Under the pieces are notes generated by a model. That model saw nothing but the letters and a program-made list of their open reading frames with translations, was not told where the DNA came from and made no database searches. This document shows, piece after piece, positions 17,868-36,140 of a stretch of 64,000 nt of DNA (position 1 is the stretch's first letter; each line of letters opens with the position of its first letter). A program made the translations under genes and the position numbers. The stretch is taken from NCBI RefSeq assembly GCF_009914755.1, contig NC_060932.1; one strand, 5' to 3'. This DNA is from the human T2T-CHM13v2.0 reference genome, Homo sapiens.

Positions 17868-18775
17868 GGTGTGGCAGATTGTTTGCAAAGGTGGTTGAGA
17901 CAATTCCTCCTGCCTCTGTAAGTGTATTAGTTTGCTAAGGTGGCTGTGACAAAATACCACAAATTGCATTACTTAAACAACAGAAACCTATTTACTCACA
18001 ATCCTGGCAGTTAGAAGTCCAAGATCAAGGTGTTTGAAGGGCTGATTACTTCTGAAGCCTCTTTTCTGAGGGTTAGAGATGGCCATCCTCTCCTTTGTCT
18101 TCACATTGTCTTCCCTCTGTACCTGTCAGGAACCTTATCTCCTCTTCTTATAAGGATACCAATCATATTGGATTAGGACCCACTCTAACAAGCTCAGTTT
18201 TAACCTAATTACCTCTTCAAAGACCTTGTCTCCAAATACAGTCACATCCAGAGGCACCAAAAGTTAGGACTTCAACATATGTGTTGGGAGGAACAATTCA
18301 GCCCATTCCTTAAGCATGCCCTTTACAGTATGATTTTGCTGTCCTCCCCAGTAAGGGGTTTAATCTCTTTCTTCACTTCCTAAGCTAGGCTGGCCTTGTG
18401 ACTTGATTTGACCAATAGAATGTGGCAGAAGTGATGTTGACCAACCTCCAAGTCTAGACTTGCAGTTTCTACTTATACTTTCTTGGAACACTGCCCTGAG
18501 ACCACCATATAGGGATGGATGTTGCTATAACCTCCTGGAGGATAAGTGGGCATGGAGGAGGAGAGCTAATGCATCACAGCCATCAATCAGCACTGACTGC
18601 CAGTCATTTGAGTGAGGTCAGCTTGGACCATCCAGCTGTTCTTGCCATCATCTGACTGCAATTGCATGAGTAAGCCCAGGTAAGACAAGCTAAAGAAGTG
18701 CCCATCCAGCCCACAAAAATAATAAGAAAGAATACACGGTAGTTGTTTTAAGCCACTAAAACATGATTATTGTTA
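17868..18775. mobile_element. Nested MaLR LTRs: an MLT1A/B/C-like copy (17922-18305, -) inside an older MLT1 copy (+)
   Basis: Inner: tgtattagttt...aaacaacagaaa...gaagtccaagatcaagg. Outer: ccaatagaatgtggcagaagtgatg...gttgttttaagccactaa. Confidence 0.68.
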
Positions 18776-19223
18776 TAAATCACTATTTTTACACACAACA
18801 GTCATTGATATTGGGGGAGATAGAGAAATTATATAAAAACTATCAACACATTAAGTTTCATAAAAGGAAAAATACATGTTGAGGCAAATAGTGGGAGCCA
18901 AATTCATGTGGGAAGGGGAAAAGGTCTTCTGGGAAAGGGATGTTTAAGTTGAGATGTTTATGATGAGTAGGAGTAGTGAGGCAAATTTGGGAGAGTAAAG
19001 GGTAGGAGGAGAAGGTATAGGTCAGATTCTATTCAAATACTCACTCTCTCCCCTGCCCTGTGCTCCATGGGAAGAATATGTTTCCCTGCCCCATTTATGT
19101 TGGGCTTGGCCATGAGGTTTTCTTGAGCCAATGGTTCATGGTTAGAAATGACCAATGTGTGGTTCTACTGGCCTCTGGGAGCTGCCAGTCATTCAGGGCC
19201 TTGAAAGCCATGTTAAAAATGAT

Positions 19224-19822
19224 GGTCTGGGCGCGGTGGCTCACACCTGTAATCCCAGCACTTTGGGAGGCCGAGGCGAGTGGATCACCTGAGGTCAGGA
19301 GTTTGAGACCAGCCTGGCCAACATGGTGAAACCCCATCTCTACTAAAAATACAAAACTTAGCTGGGCATGGTGGCTGGCACCTGTATTCCCAGCTACTAG
19401 GGAGGCTGAGGCAGGAGAATCGCTTCAACCTGGGAGGCAGAAGTTGCAGTGAGCCGAGATTGTGCCAAGAGCGAAACTCCATCTCAAAGGAAAAAAAAAA
19501 AAAAGAAGATGGACTTCGGTGGCTCATGCCTGTAATTCCAGCACTTTGGGAAGCCAGGGTGGGATGATTGCTTGAGGTCAGGAGTTCAAGAGCAGCCTGG
19601 ACAACACAGTGAGACCCTGTCTCTACAAAAATTAACAAATTAGCCAGGCATGATGGCATGTACCTGTAGTCCTAGCTACTGGGGAGGCCAAGGCAGGAGG
19701 ATCACTTGAGCTCAGGAAATTGAAGTTACAGTGAACTATCATATGCCATTGCACTCTAGCCTGGGTGGAGACCCTGTCTCAAAAAACCAAACCAAACCAA
19801 ACCAAACAAGACAAGACAAAAA
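19224..19822 (+). mobile_element. Two tandem Alus; the second tail has become (CCAAA)n
   Basis: Alu consensus; pentanucleotide repeat at 19786-19806. Confidence 0.9.
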
Positions 19823-19849
19823 CACACGATGGACCCTTATTCTGTGTAA

Positions 19850-21055
<1,206 letters not shown>

Positions 21056-21589
21056 TAGATAGTCAAAATAGTGCATCACATTAATGTATCACGTTAAGTT
21101 AAACTGACCCTGGGTCAGGCACTGTGGATTCAATATAGCAATCCCAAGCCTCCAGGGTCTCCTGACATACACAACAACCAGCTTAGTACAATGAAACAAA
21201 TGCCACTCTCTTTTTCTGGAAATGCCCTCTCTTCTCTCATCCCTTCTGTGCCCAGGAACCAGGTCAAGAATCACACATCTTCTCTAAGATACTTTCCTTA
21301 TACCCTCAAAATTAATCACGTCCTCCATAACTTATACCTGAGTCTCTTATTGCTGTTGGGTTGTCTATAACTATTTTCATGTATTTAACTGACATATAAG
21401 TATGAAAATGGGGCATCTGAATGAGAATTCTTCATTTATCTTTGTTACCTAGGAGATAATCATTATTGCCTCTTATCTAAATAGAATTAGATAATTGGAT
21501 AGTTGATCTTGTGGTGATGGAGCCTGGGTTCCAGTGACCTGTGCTGGTAAATACAATGTCTGCTCACCGTGCAGAGAAAGTAGAAAGGC

Positions 21590-21975
21590 TGTTTGGGTTG
21601 AATTGTGCCCCCACCGCCTTCCCCCAATTCATAAGTCGAAGTCTTAACCACCAGTAGTTTATGATGTGGCTGGATTTGGAAATAGGGTCTTCATAGAGGT
21701 AAGTAAGCTAAAATGACATCATTAGGGTGGGCCCTCATCCAACATGGCTGCTGTCATTCTAAGAAGAGAGTAGGACACCAACAGGTACAGAAGGAAGAAC
21801 ACATGAAGACGCAGGGAGAAGATGGTTCCCTGAAAGCCAAGGAGAGAGGCCTCAGAAGAAACCAGCACCTTGATCTTGGACCTCCAGCCTCCAGAACTGT
21901 GAGAAAATGAATTTCTGTTGTTTAAGCCCCAGTACCTGGTGGTTTGTTATGGCAGCCTGAGCTGACTACTACAAA
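21590..21975 (+). mobile_element. MLT1-like MaLR solo LTR
   Basis: gggttgaattgtgcccc...tttggaaatagggtct...cctccagaactgtgagaaaatgaatttctgttgtttaagcc. Confidence 0.8.
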
Positions 21976-22244
21976 GGGTTATGTCACCTGCCACCATAAG
22001 TCAAGGAAAGAGCTGATTTTGGAAAAGAACTTATGTTCAGGAAATACGAAGTGGAAAGGTCCCATCTCAGGGCCCTCCTGTTTGGAGTTTATCCTTCATT
22101 TTGTGGAGAGGAACGTGACAGATGTGGTAGAATGGGGAGAGCTCCCTGTGTTTTCCGGCTGGCTTGTGCAGCCACAGTGCAGGCAATGGCCTGGGGCCAA
22201 CCTGACCCTGCCAGGATTTCAGTAGGCACTTAAGCAAGAAGAAA

Positions 22245-22245
<1 letters not shown>

Positions 22246-22316
<71 letters not shown>

Positions 22317-22323
22317 CAGAGAG
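22246..22323. repeat. (CA)n(GA)n compound microsatellite
   Basis: About 27 CA units followed by GA units. Confidence 0.97.
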
Positions 22324-23327
22324 AATGTAAGAGACAGATTTTGAGTATTTAATGTAAAAAGGAAAAATGATTTTTTCTTCCACTAGCAGATATGCTTAGA
22401 ACATCATGATGATATCCCTAAAGTAGCCATGAATGTATTTTTGACTCAGTATCATTTCAGTGACTTTAATAGAGGACATTTTACTGGGTTTTAAAAAGTC
22501 TGAAGATCTCCACAGCCATTCTTGTTCCAACATGTAGGAATAGCTGGCTCTCAATTAGCTGTCTTATTAAAAGGATTCACAGGGCTACCTATTATTAGTG
22601 TATATTATTTTTCTCAATGCTTTAGATAATTTGGCATTTATTTACTGTTGCCATAGGAACCCAGGTCTGTAATAAGCAGCTCTTTCAATTCTGACAATTA
22701 GGCTTATAGAAAAGAATATTTTAATGAGGTGAAGAATTTAGAGAGCCCAGCCAGAGGTCTGGTGGAAGAAGAACGTTGTTCTCTAAACAGTTACAAAATT
22801 AGCTTAGATTGTCCTTTGTTACAATTGCCTTCTTTGACAACTACTGAGTGTTCTTTAGTCAGACCTCCCTGAAGATCTGTGGTTTTCCGTAAAGATTGAG
22901 GTTTTCTTATTTCTTAGAAAATGAAATGCTGTCCAATCCCATCTGCCTCTTACACCTGGGCTGCTCTTGAGTTAGAGGGAATGCATCTTCTCCTTCTTGC
23001 TCTCAATCGGAGAAAGACTAGATTTACCTTAAGCTTCACAGAAAATAAAGACTCTTTTAAAAAAATTACTCGAGAAAAACAATTTTGCCTTTCTATATTA
23101 AGGAATATTTGGAAGCCATAAATCTTGTCTTTCTTATATTCTTTGCCTATAAAATACTTTGGAGGAATATTTATTAATTAATTTTAATGACAGATGCCCC
23201 GTGCACAAAGCACAAAAATCAAGAGGCATTCAGTGAAATATTAGTCTCCCTTCTATCCTTGTCCCCAGATGACAACTATTGTTACCCATTTCCTTTGTAT
23301 TCTTCTAAAGTTATTCTCTGCAATCAA

Positions 23328-23329
<2 letters not shown>

Positions 23330-23367
<38 letters not shown>
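23330..23367. repeat. (CA)n microsatellite
   Basis: Direct reading. Confidence 0.97.
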
Positions 23368-23370
<3 letters not shown>

Positions 23371-24062
23371 ATGACAGCATATTAAGGATACTGTATTGTA
23401 ACTTTTTTTCCCCACTTACTACTGAAAGTTGGGTGCCATTCTATTTCATTACATAAAGAGCTGCCTTGTTCTTTATAAGAGCTTTTCCCTGTAATTATTT
23501 AGCAGTCATGTATTGAGTGCTATAGACATGGTGTGGGGCCCTAGTGACATCAAGGTGAGGACCACAAAGTCCCTGTTCTCAGAAGCCCACATGAGTAGAA
23601 GAGGCAGACACCTTTGGAAGCAGCTGCTGCCCAGTGCACAGTGCTATGAGTAGGTCAGGTGGAAGGGGAGGTGGATGCACGCAGGAGGGTGTCTGGCTTT
23701 GTTCAGATGCTGCTTGAGCAGCATCTTGAAGGGTAAACCAAGGACTTGCAGGTAGAAAAGGAAGGCAAGTTTATTCCTGGTAAAGGAAGCAATAAATGCC
23801 AAGTCCTATAGATTATAAAACAGCCTGGTGTTTTGGGGAATTGAAGGTTTGTTTGGGTTTGTTACGGTTGGAGAGCAGGGTGTGTGTGTGTGTGTATGAA
23901 ATTAGATCAGTGGTTTTCAAACTTCTTGACCACAATCCAGTTAAGAAATGTATTTTACACCACCACACAGTGTATATGTGTGTTCGTGTGTGTGTAAAAC
24001 AGACATAAAATGTCATAAAACATTTAATATTTATTAAATGTACTCCGGTATTTTTCTACTAA

Positions 24063-24682
<620 letters not shown>

Positions 24683-24879
24683 TAAAATGCTAGTCATAAC
24701 TTTCTACATTGATTTTGCAAACTACTAATAGGCACTATCTGTGAGTTGAAAAATTCTGGACTACATTGTGTCTACAGACACTAATATTCTATAACCTAGT
24801 CAGCCTCTCCCTGATTTATATGACCATGACCACTTTCTGAATTAGAAGATATTGACAGGAATCAAAAAGCTTATTTGGG

Positions 24880-25328
<449 letters not shown>

Positions 25329-25603
25329 TTATTCAGCAGCTACAATTTCTTAGACACTATGATACATGCTAGAGATACGGTGGGAAGGAAAACGAAACTT
25401 GGCCTCTACCCTCATAGAACCAAAAATCGGTGTCCTGAATGATTTGCAATAATTAAAAATGCATATTCTAATCTTTTTATTAGAATTAGATAAGATATGC
25501 AAAAATGCATATTTTAATCTAAAAGTAAAATATGCTTATTGTAAAAAAATTCAAACTATATAAAAAAGTATAACATAGTAAGCAAAAAAAAAAAAAAAAA
25601 TTC

Positions 25604-26202
25604 TGGCTGGGCGTCGTGGCTTACACTTGTAATCCCAGCACTTTGAGAGGCTGAGGCGGTCAGACTGCTGGAGGTCAGGAGCTGGAGACCAGCCTGGCCA
25701 ACATCGTGAAACCCTGTCACTACTAAAATTACAAAAATTGGCCAGGGGTGGAGACACACATCTGTACCCCCAGCTACTTAGGGAGGCTGAGGCACAAGAA
25801 TGGCTTGAACCCATGAGGCAGAGGTTGCAATAAGCCAAGATTGCACCATTGCACTCCAGCTTGGGCAACAGAGTGAGGCTCTGTTTCCAAATTGCTTCCC
25901 CTTACTTTTTTTTTTTTTTTTTTGAGACAGGGTCTCGCTCTGTCTCCCAAGGTGGAGTACAGTGACACAATCATGGCTCACTGCAGCCTTGATGTCCCAG
26001 GCCCAAGTGATCTTCCCATCTCAGCCTCCAGAGTAACTGGGACTCCAGGAGCACCACCATGTGTGGCTAATTTTTTAAAATTTTTAATAGGGTTGAGGTC
26101 TCGCTATGTTGCCCAGGTTGGTCTTGAACTCCTGAACTCAAGTGATCCTCCCTACTTGGCCCCAAAGTGCTGGGATTACAGGAGTGAACCACTGTGCCTG
26201 GC
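25604..26202. mobile_element. Tail-to-tail inverted Alu pair (+ 25604-25891; - 25906-26202)
   Basis: Spacer of only ~14 bp (ttgcttccccttac). Confidence 0.9.
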
Positions 26203-28437
26203 CCTCCTTATCTTTTTTTGGATAAAGTTTCTGTATTTATTTTATTCGAATAGAAGGACTGAATTTCTGCTTGAATTTCTGACCCCCTGGGAAATCTTTT
26301 GGGGGAGTGTGACTCTGCTTGCCAGAGCTTCATCATCCCCACCTCGAGAGAGCTAGTTTAATCCAGGAGAGTTGAGCACCAGGCCCTCAACCTTTGGTGC
26401 CTCAACTTGACATTGCCATATTTCAATGACATTCTGCTTAGAGGCCAACGAACTGGCCTGTCCATATGTTAATTGCAGCAGGAAAGCTTCCAGGTAACTG
26501 AGGACATTGAACAATGCCATTACTGCTAAGATTATATCATCACTTTTGGTATTTTTTGCCCAGGTATTTTTTTGCCTGAATCCCCCCAAGATTATCCAAA
26601 AACTAGACTAAGATTTCTGGATTCTTGCATAAACTTCTGCTTCAATTTGGCTGTCCAGGGCTGGGCTCTTAAACCTCTGAAGCAGGCTGAAGAGGAAATA
26701 GTGTGGGGAAGTTGGATACAATCATGCATTGGAGGAAAAGATTTGGTTTGAGTCATTCACAGATATTCCCAGAGCATCTGCAGATTGCAGATTTCTGTGT
26801 GAGGAGCCTTGAGGGCCTCAAAGTTGAACAAAGTTCTCCACCATATTTAACAGAGAGCTAGAACATTGTAAGCTTCATGGAACATTCTTTGGAGAAGCAG
26901 AGCATTTTACAGCCATTGTGTTCACCCAGGATTAGACACTCAGAGGATCAGATTAACCTGCACTTATTTAGTTGGAAAGAAGTTTGAAGACAATGAAAAG
27001 AGGATTTAGTGACTCTTATGGTAGTTGTTAAATTATGTTCAGTGGAATGCTGCATCTGACTTTATTTATGAGTGGTTTTATATTTCCAGAATATTTGGTT
27101 CCTGATCTACTTATAAAATTTTTCTGATCTTGTTCCCCATTCTTTTGACACTTCCTGATAAAAATATCTTTTGCTGTCAGTCTAGAGCTTTGTTTCTCCA
27201 TAAAGAATATATGTTACTTTCTTTCTTCTCTATTATTCATTTTCTATTCAGGCCAAGGCAAGTCACAACATTATTTGTTGAACAAGCGCTGTGAGCCCTC
27301 AAGAGCAGAAATGAGTCTCACCTCTCTTTCTCTTTTTTCCCCTCTGTGCAAAAACTAACACATACAAGTCCAATTTAGAACAGTTAACTTTTAGTGAACA
27401 CACCTACTATGCAGACTTAAGCCTTGCATCCAACTTATGTATCATCTGATAGAAAGGCCCAAGAACACAAACAATTAAAATAAGAAGCAGAATCTATAAA
27501 GTGCTACCAGGAATCACAGGCATTTGAATGATCCTGTTTGAGGGTTCAGTAAAATTGTTTTTAGTAAATGAAATTTGAATTGGATCTAGATGACTGTTAA
27601 GATTTCAACCATTACTTAACATTATTCAGTACCTGTTATGCTAGGTGCTGGGATGCAAAGTCTCTGCAACTGTAGAGTACTTAGAGACTAGTAGGGAATA
27701 CAACACATGTATTTGTCGAGACCCTGCTGGCTTAAGCATAAGAGGCACCTGGTTGGCTCATACAATTGACAAGTCCAGGAGGGGAGGTGGTGTCAGGCGT
27801 AAGTGGATCCGGGAACTCAAATAATGGGATTGTTGCTTAGGTCTCCTCTTTTTTCTCCCTTTACAATTGGACTTCCTCTATGTGGTAGTGGTTAGAAGGC
27901 ATTGCGTGGAAATTGGCCACAGACAACTTCTGGCTTACATCATCTCAGCTGTTAGACCCAAAGAAAGAGAGATCTTTTCACCTTTCATGTATATGACCCT
28001 GAGAAGAGATGCTTGTAGGCTCAGCTTTGGTCATGTACCTACAATTATAGCCAGAGGGCCCTGGAGTCATATTCAGAAGCCATAGCAGATCCACAATGAA
28101 TGAAGGAGGGGCAATTCTCTAACTACAGGTTGCAACTGGTACCAAAGGAAGGAGGGGCCGTGGAGGAAGAGATGTTGGGCAGATGAGCAGAAGAGACTCT
28201 CTGAAGGAAAACAAAAAATTACAATAAAATATGACAAAGGCTCTAATAGAGATATGTATTAAGTGCCATTAGAACACTGATAATGGAGTGACTTACGTCA
28301 CGGAGAGGGCATTCCTGGGATAGCAAAATATATAAGTAAGGACACAGAGGTAGGAAAGCAATGGAGCTGTTTGTGGTCCAATCTGGCTCAGTACTGGGTA
28401 GGTATACTAAGAGGAGCAGAAGGAGACAGAGGAGAAT

Positions 28438-28485
28438 TTAGAGACAGGTCTAAAATGCTATTAGAGACAGGTCTAAAATGCTATT
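28438..28485. repeat. Perfect 23-bp tandem duplication
   Basis: ttagagacaggtctaaaatgcta twice. Confidence 0.95.
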
Positions 28486-29298
28486 TCAGGGCCCTACTGG
28501 GTAGGGCTGGTCACAACAGAGACTCAGCCACATTTTCTCTTCTTTCTCTTACCCTTCAACACTTTGTGTCTGGCTTCACTACCATCTTTCCATTGGCGAG
28601 TTCTTGCTAAGGAGTTCTTGTTCACCTTTCTTAACATTCTTATCTCCTTTCTCCTTCTGCAAACATTCTTTTCCCTGGGCTTCCTCAATGCCACACTCTC
28701 TTGCTTCCTTCCAAACTCTCTAGCTACTAAGTTTTTTATTGTGGTAAAATACATAGAACATAAAATTTGTGATTTTAACCATTTTAAGTGTGCAATTCAC
28801 TGGCATTAATTACATTCATGCTGTCTAAATTGGGATAATTAATGCTTTATTGGGTTTCTCCCAGCAGCCTCCTCCAAGCTGTAACCTCCAGAAAGGAAAG
28901 GAGGAGCTCTGTTCTGCTTGCCACTGTAGCCACTGTGCCTGTCACAGACTACACGTTCAGTGTGTATTTGTTGAGGAACGAGTAGAGAGAGTGCTGGTTA
29001 TTTTCCATCTACCTCGCCTGATCCATTCCCTGACTTCTCCACCTGGGGAGGCTGACCTCTGCAGACCTGGCTTCCTGGCTGGGGGACTTCTGATTGAGTT
29101 TGAGCAGAGGAGGATGCCAGCTGATCAGATGGCAAGAGGAGAGAGAAGCTGAGTTTCTGAGCTGCCTCCCTTCATGACTATAGCTCCTAAGGGCACCAGC
29201 TTTTGCACGTCTCCAGCTCGCTATGGGCTCCAGGAACACTGGCCCTTGGCATGGCCATGGTTTCCCACTGCTGGTATTTTCTGAGTGTCTCACCATTA

Positions 29299-29599
29299 CT
29301 TTTTTTTTTTTTTTTTTTTTTTGAGACCGGGTCTTGCTGTGTCACCCAAGCTGGACTGCAGTGGCACAATCACAACTCACTGTAGCCTCAACCTCCTGGG
29401 CTCAAGCCTCCCACGTCAGCCTCCCAAGTAACTAGGACTACAGGTGCATGATACCATGCCCAACTAATTTTTTATATTTTGTAGAAATGGGGTCTTTCTG
29501 TGTTGCCCAGGCTGGTCTTTCACTCCTGGGCTGAAGCAATCCTCCTGCCTTGGCCTCCAAAAGTGCTGGGATTACAGGCGTGAGCCACCACACCCAGCC
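29299..29599 (-). mobile_element. Alu (AluJ-like), probably within an older LTR remnant (~28990-29660)
   Basis: Poly-T plus antisense Alu; the flanks are LTR-like by eye only. Confidence 0.85.
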
Positions 29600-30475
29600 C
29601 ACTTTTTTGAATTCTTAACTCTACCCACAACTCTGTAATTAGTTCTTCTGTGATCCTGACTAATAACAGAGACAAACAAAGGTAGTGAGGGCTTGCACCA
29701 GGGAAAAACAGAAAAGAGAAGTGAGGATAGATGTATAATAAGTGAACCCTACAAGATTTAGCAACTGATTCCCCACATGATCCGTCTGTTCTGTGAGGGC
29801 AGGAATTCTATTTCATTCATTCTTTATCCTCAATAGCTAGTTCTTGGTACTCAATAAATATTGGTGAAATGATTTATCGGAAGGGTCAAAGATAATTCTG
29901 AGGTTCAAATCTGTAGGCCCAAGTAAGGGGGGAGTCAGGTTAATGTGCAAGTAGTAATTAAAGTCGGTAATAATAACACAGAATGACAGTATAGAAATAG
30001 CAGGATTTTTAGGGTCAGATTGATCTAAAATCCCAACTTTCCCAACCAATCTTGAGTAAATGACTTGACACTTTTCTTTGAGGTCAGTTTCCTTCTTGGT
30101 AAAATGGGAGAAAAAAGTCTCCAACTCATAGTGTTGCTGTCGGGAGTAACTGAGATGATATAGGCCGAACGTACAGTCACTCTGAGAGAGACCCCCACCA
30201 AGCTAGATATCTTGAGATGTGACAAAGAGACCGAAAGGCATCAGGAACCATTCACAAGGGTTTCTTTGAAGTACATTTCTTGTTACCAGGACACAAGCCA
30301 TTGGTTACCTGTGTCTCTTACACCCCTTCCTGGAATACCACAGCAGATTTTTTAATCTTCCTTCAACCTTCCATTTTATGGAATCCTAGAAAGTTACAAC
30401 TTGTGCCATCATTATTCAACAGATTGGATTTTACTTTAGAACTCTGAGCTCCTCAGGGGAGGACTGGTCCTTTTA

Positions 30476-30551
30476 AATATATATATATATATATATATAA
30501 AATATATTAACATAAATAATATATTTATTATTTATTATTTTTATTATTATA
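30476..30551. repeat. (TA)n / AT-rich low-complexity tract
   Basis: Direct reading. Confidence 0.9.
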
Positions 30552-31019
30552 AGCCCTCATCATTTTATTGTGCCTTTGTTTTAAGCACTTGAATAAGACT
30601 GTTAGGAATACATTAACCCTGTAGCAGAGATGGAATTCAGACTCAAGCCCTCTTCCACCTTTTCTGCCCTTTGTGTCTTTTCTCTTCTATCCTTCTCTAA
30701 ATGCCTTTAATTAGACCAATTCGTATTGGTCTCAAAGATAGAATGTCTCCACCCCAACTGGACAGCTGGCTTCATATTTTAGTCTGTTAAGAGGAACCAG
30801 AATGGTTTTGCTGAGTAACTATGCATGCTTCCCCAGGAGACAATGCAGTTCCAGAAACCGGGCAGACGAGAGGAAGAACTTCCCTTTCAAGATATTTTTA
30901 ATTCAAATGATGACCTCTATTGACCTACACCCAGAATTAATTTTCCCTTCTAACTCGTGAGAGTTGGCTTTCCTGTTGTTTCTGTTGTCACTCCTTTCTC
31001 CTTTAAGACATCTCTGTAA

Positions 31020-31831
<812 letters not shown>

Positions 31832-32226
31832 GCATACTTTAAAGGTGCAATATTGTATATTTTAAGTATGCATTAACATGTTGGGAGAGTAAGACCGAAA
31901 GACTCCTTGGAGTCCATATAATCCAATATAAGGGCAAAAAAAAAAAAAAGCATACGTTGAATTTTCATTTCAAACATACAACTTATTCTTAACTATCATT
32001 TCCTTATTTCCAGGTTTCTTATACTATAGTTCCTTTGGCTTATACAAAAACGCTCCTGCTACCTCATGGAAGTATTTGCACTCTAACCAATTGATTTCAG
32101 AGCTTCTGAAAGGCTGAGAGAGACCCAAGCTGCCTTCTTTTTTTTGAGGCTGCTTGTATATTAACATTTTTTAAAATGATAAAATAAGGTTTTAAAAATT
32201 GTGATGTTTCAAGTGTTTACATTTTA

Positions 32227-32965
<739 letters not shown>

Positions 32966-33457
32966 TTGAGTCTCAATTTTAAACTTGGAAGGAGAGTGTC
33001 TTCTTTCAATTCCACCAAAGTATCTTTGTGTAACTTCCTCTGGAGGCAGTGTTAAAAGCCTAAATCCTAAAAGCCCAGGCCAGATGGCTTTCAGCTCTGT
33101 GCTCATTTATCCTCCTCCTCTCTTACCACAAGCCAAGAATATTTAGTTGATTTGGGGAAAGCACATTATTATTTAATAATATGTAATGAATTAAAGATGA
33201 TCATCATCAACTCTTACCCATTTCAACTGTGTAAAGAAAAACTCTGAATAATCCCAGCTTGGGTAAGTGCAGCAAAGGGCAGATTCTAAGATCAGTCTCT
33301 CTCCCAAATGGTAAAGCCTAGCTTTTCCTTAGCTAATTTTTATTCGTGTCAGTTTGCTATGTCTTGTTTAGATCACAAGCTCCTTACAAAGGAATTCTAT
33401 CCAGAGCTAGTACTAAAAACAGTAATTAATATTATTAGTTAATGCCCATTTAAACTG

Positions 33458-34168
<711 letters not shown>

Positions 34169-34931
34169 TTATGTATAGATGTGGAAATATCCTGAACTCC
34201 ACACTTGTGAACACAGACACTGCCACTGTCAGCCAGCACATAATACATATATACCTCCATACGTAAGCAAATATCACTCACTCACATAATTGCCTTTGAT
34301 TTGAAAATACCCTGTTTCAACTGTAGTCACAGAAGAGATGCTCAACCATCTGCATGTAATTTGTAGCTGAAACTACCCTTTTGTGTAGACAAATTGGCTG
34401 TTCCATGGTGTTGATAGAAACCAGATATAGTTGGATTTAGATCCTCAGCCATCTGGGTCAGTGGGTTATGGGAGACAGGGTGGATGTCACTGAAGAGATT
34501 CCCATAACAGCAACGGAGAAAGGTTTAGGGGCCATGGTCTTCCTAAGAGGCTGAGAAAGCTCACATAACCCCATCTGCTTCGGGCCAGCCCGGACAGAAA
34601 GTAGATTAATGAAGGTTAAGCAGTCTGGATAGAAAGTTGAGCTTCTCCTTTTTGTAAAGGAGGAAAAGCCAAGCAGAGATGTAATTTCAGCAGAGATCTC
34701 AAAAGAGGGCAGAGAAAGGAGTATTTAGAGAATAAAGGGAATTTACAAATATATCCCTCTATTGAACACACAGAATACTCGTTTGAATGTCAGTTTCCTC
34801 CTAAATATTATATTTAAAAGTTTATTAAAGTAATGATTGTTGTTTCTTTTAACAGTTACACATTTTTGAAGTATTTTTTCTTCTTAGCAAAATACAGAAT
34901 GCCCTCCCCCAAGTACACTGTATCAAATTAA

Positions 34932-35330
<399 letters not shown>

Positions 35331-35725
35331 TAGACCACAATTTTCAAGGGCTCTATGGACATATGCTGTTATGCAAAGTGAAGGGCTTTAATCAGAATAA
35401 ATGTCAAGATCCTTTCTAATTTTAAAATTGGAATCTATTGTTCACAAAAGTTAGAAAGTACTGTAGCAATATTTATAGGGTTTCCCCCCTTTCTTTCTCT
35501 TTAAGAGCAAAAAAGAAAAGGATTGTGTTCCTGAGAGAATTTGTGATTGTTCACTAAGACAAAGTCAGTCATCAACTAAGTCAAGTAGTGACTATGCCTC
35601 AGAGAACAACTGGCAGCTATTCAGTTTTAATTCCCACACTTGAATATGAGAAATAGTTCCTTTCAGACTCTTTAAAAAAAAATCCTACTAGTGTTAAAGT
35701 TCAGCAGTTTCAAATGAGAGGTCTC

Positions 35726-36140
35726 TAGTGGTGCTGGTTGGGCTCTCTGGGAAGCAGATGCTGAGAAACGGTAGGTGTGGGAAAGGTTTTGTGGGGAGTA
35801 AAGGCCGTCAAGACAAAGGGGAAGGAAGCAGGCTTGGGCAGAAGGAGCCAGCAGACCCAATCAGACTTGATGAAGACTCTGGCAAAGCCAGGGGAGCCGT
35901 GAGCACAGATAGTACATTAAAGGAGTCTTCTGTGCGGCGGAAATGTCTATGCCCTTGTCTACCGCCTGCCTCCATCACTGCTGCGGGCCGCCCTGGAAAG
36001 AGTGGGATCTTGGCTGCAAAGCTGATGCTAGTCCTTAGGGAGCTGTAAACGGGAGGCTGTCACCAGCCACGCTGCTTCCAGCTGGGCTCCATGTGTCGTG
36101 GGAGCATCAGAGAAGCACCAGGGCCTTCAGTGACACGTGC
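35726..36140. mobile_element. Possible old ERVL-class LTR remnant
   Basis: ggttgggctctctgggaagcagatgctgaga opening resembles the LTR33/LTR16 group; recognised by eye only. Confidence 0.45.

Noticed and set aside
23705-23726. Perfect 10-bp hairpin AGATGCTGCT-TG-AGCAGCATCT
   Set aside because: Too short for a pre-miRNA, lies in decayed L2-like sequence, and is plausible by chance.
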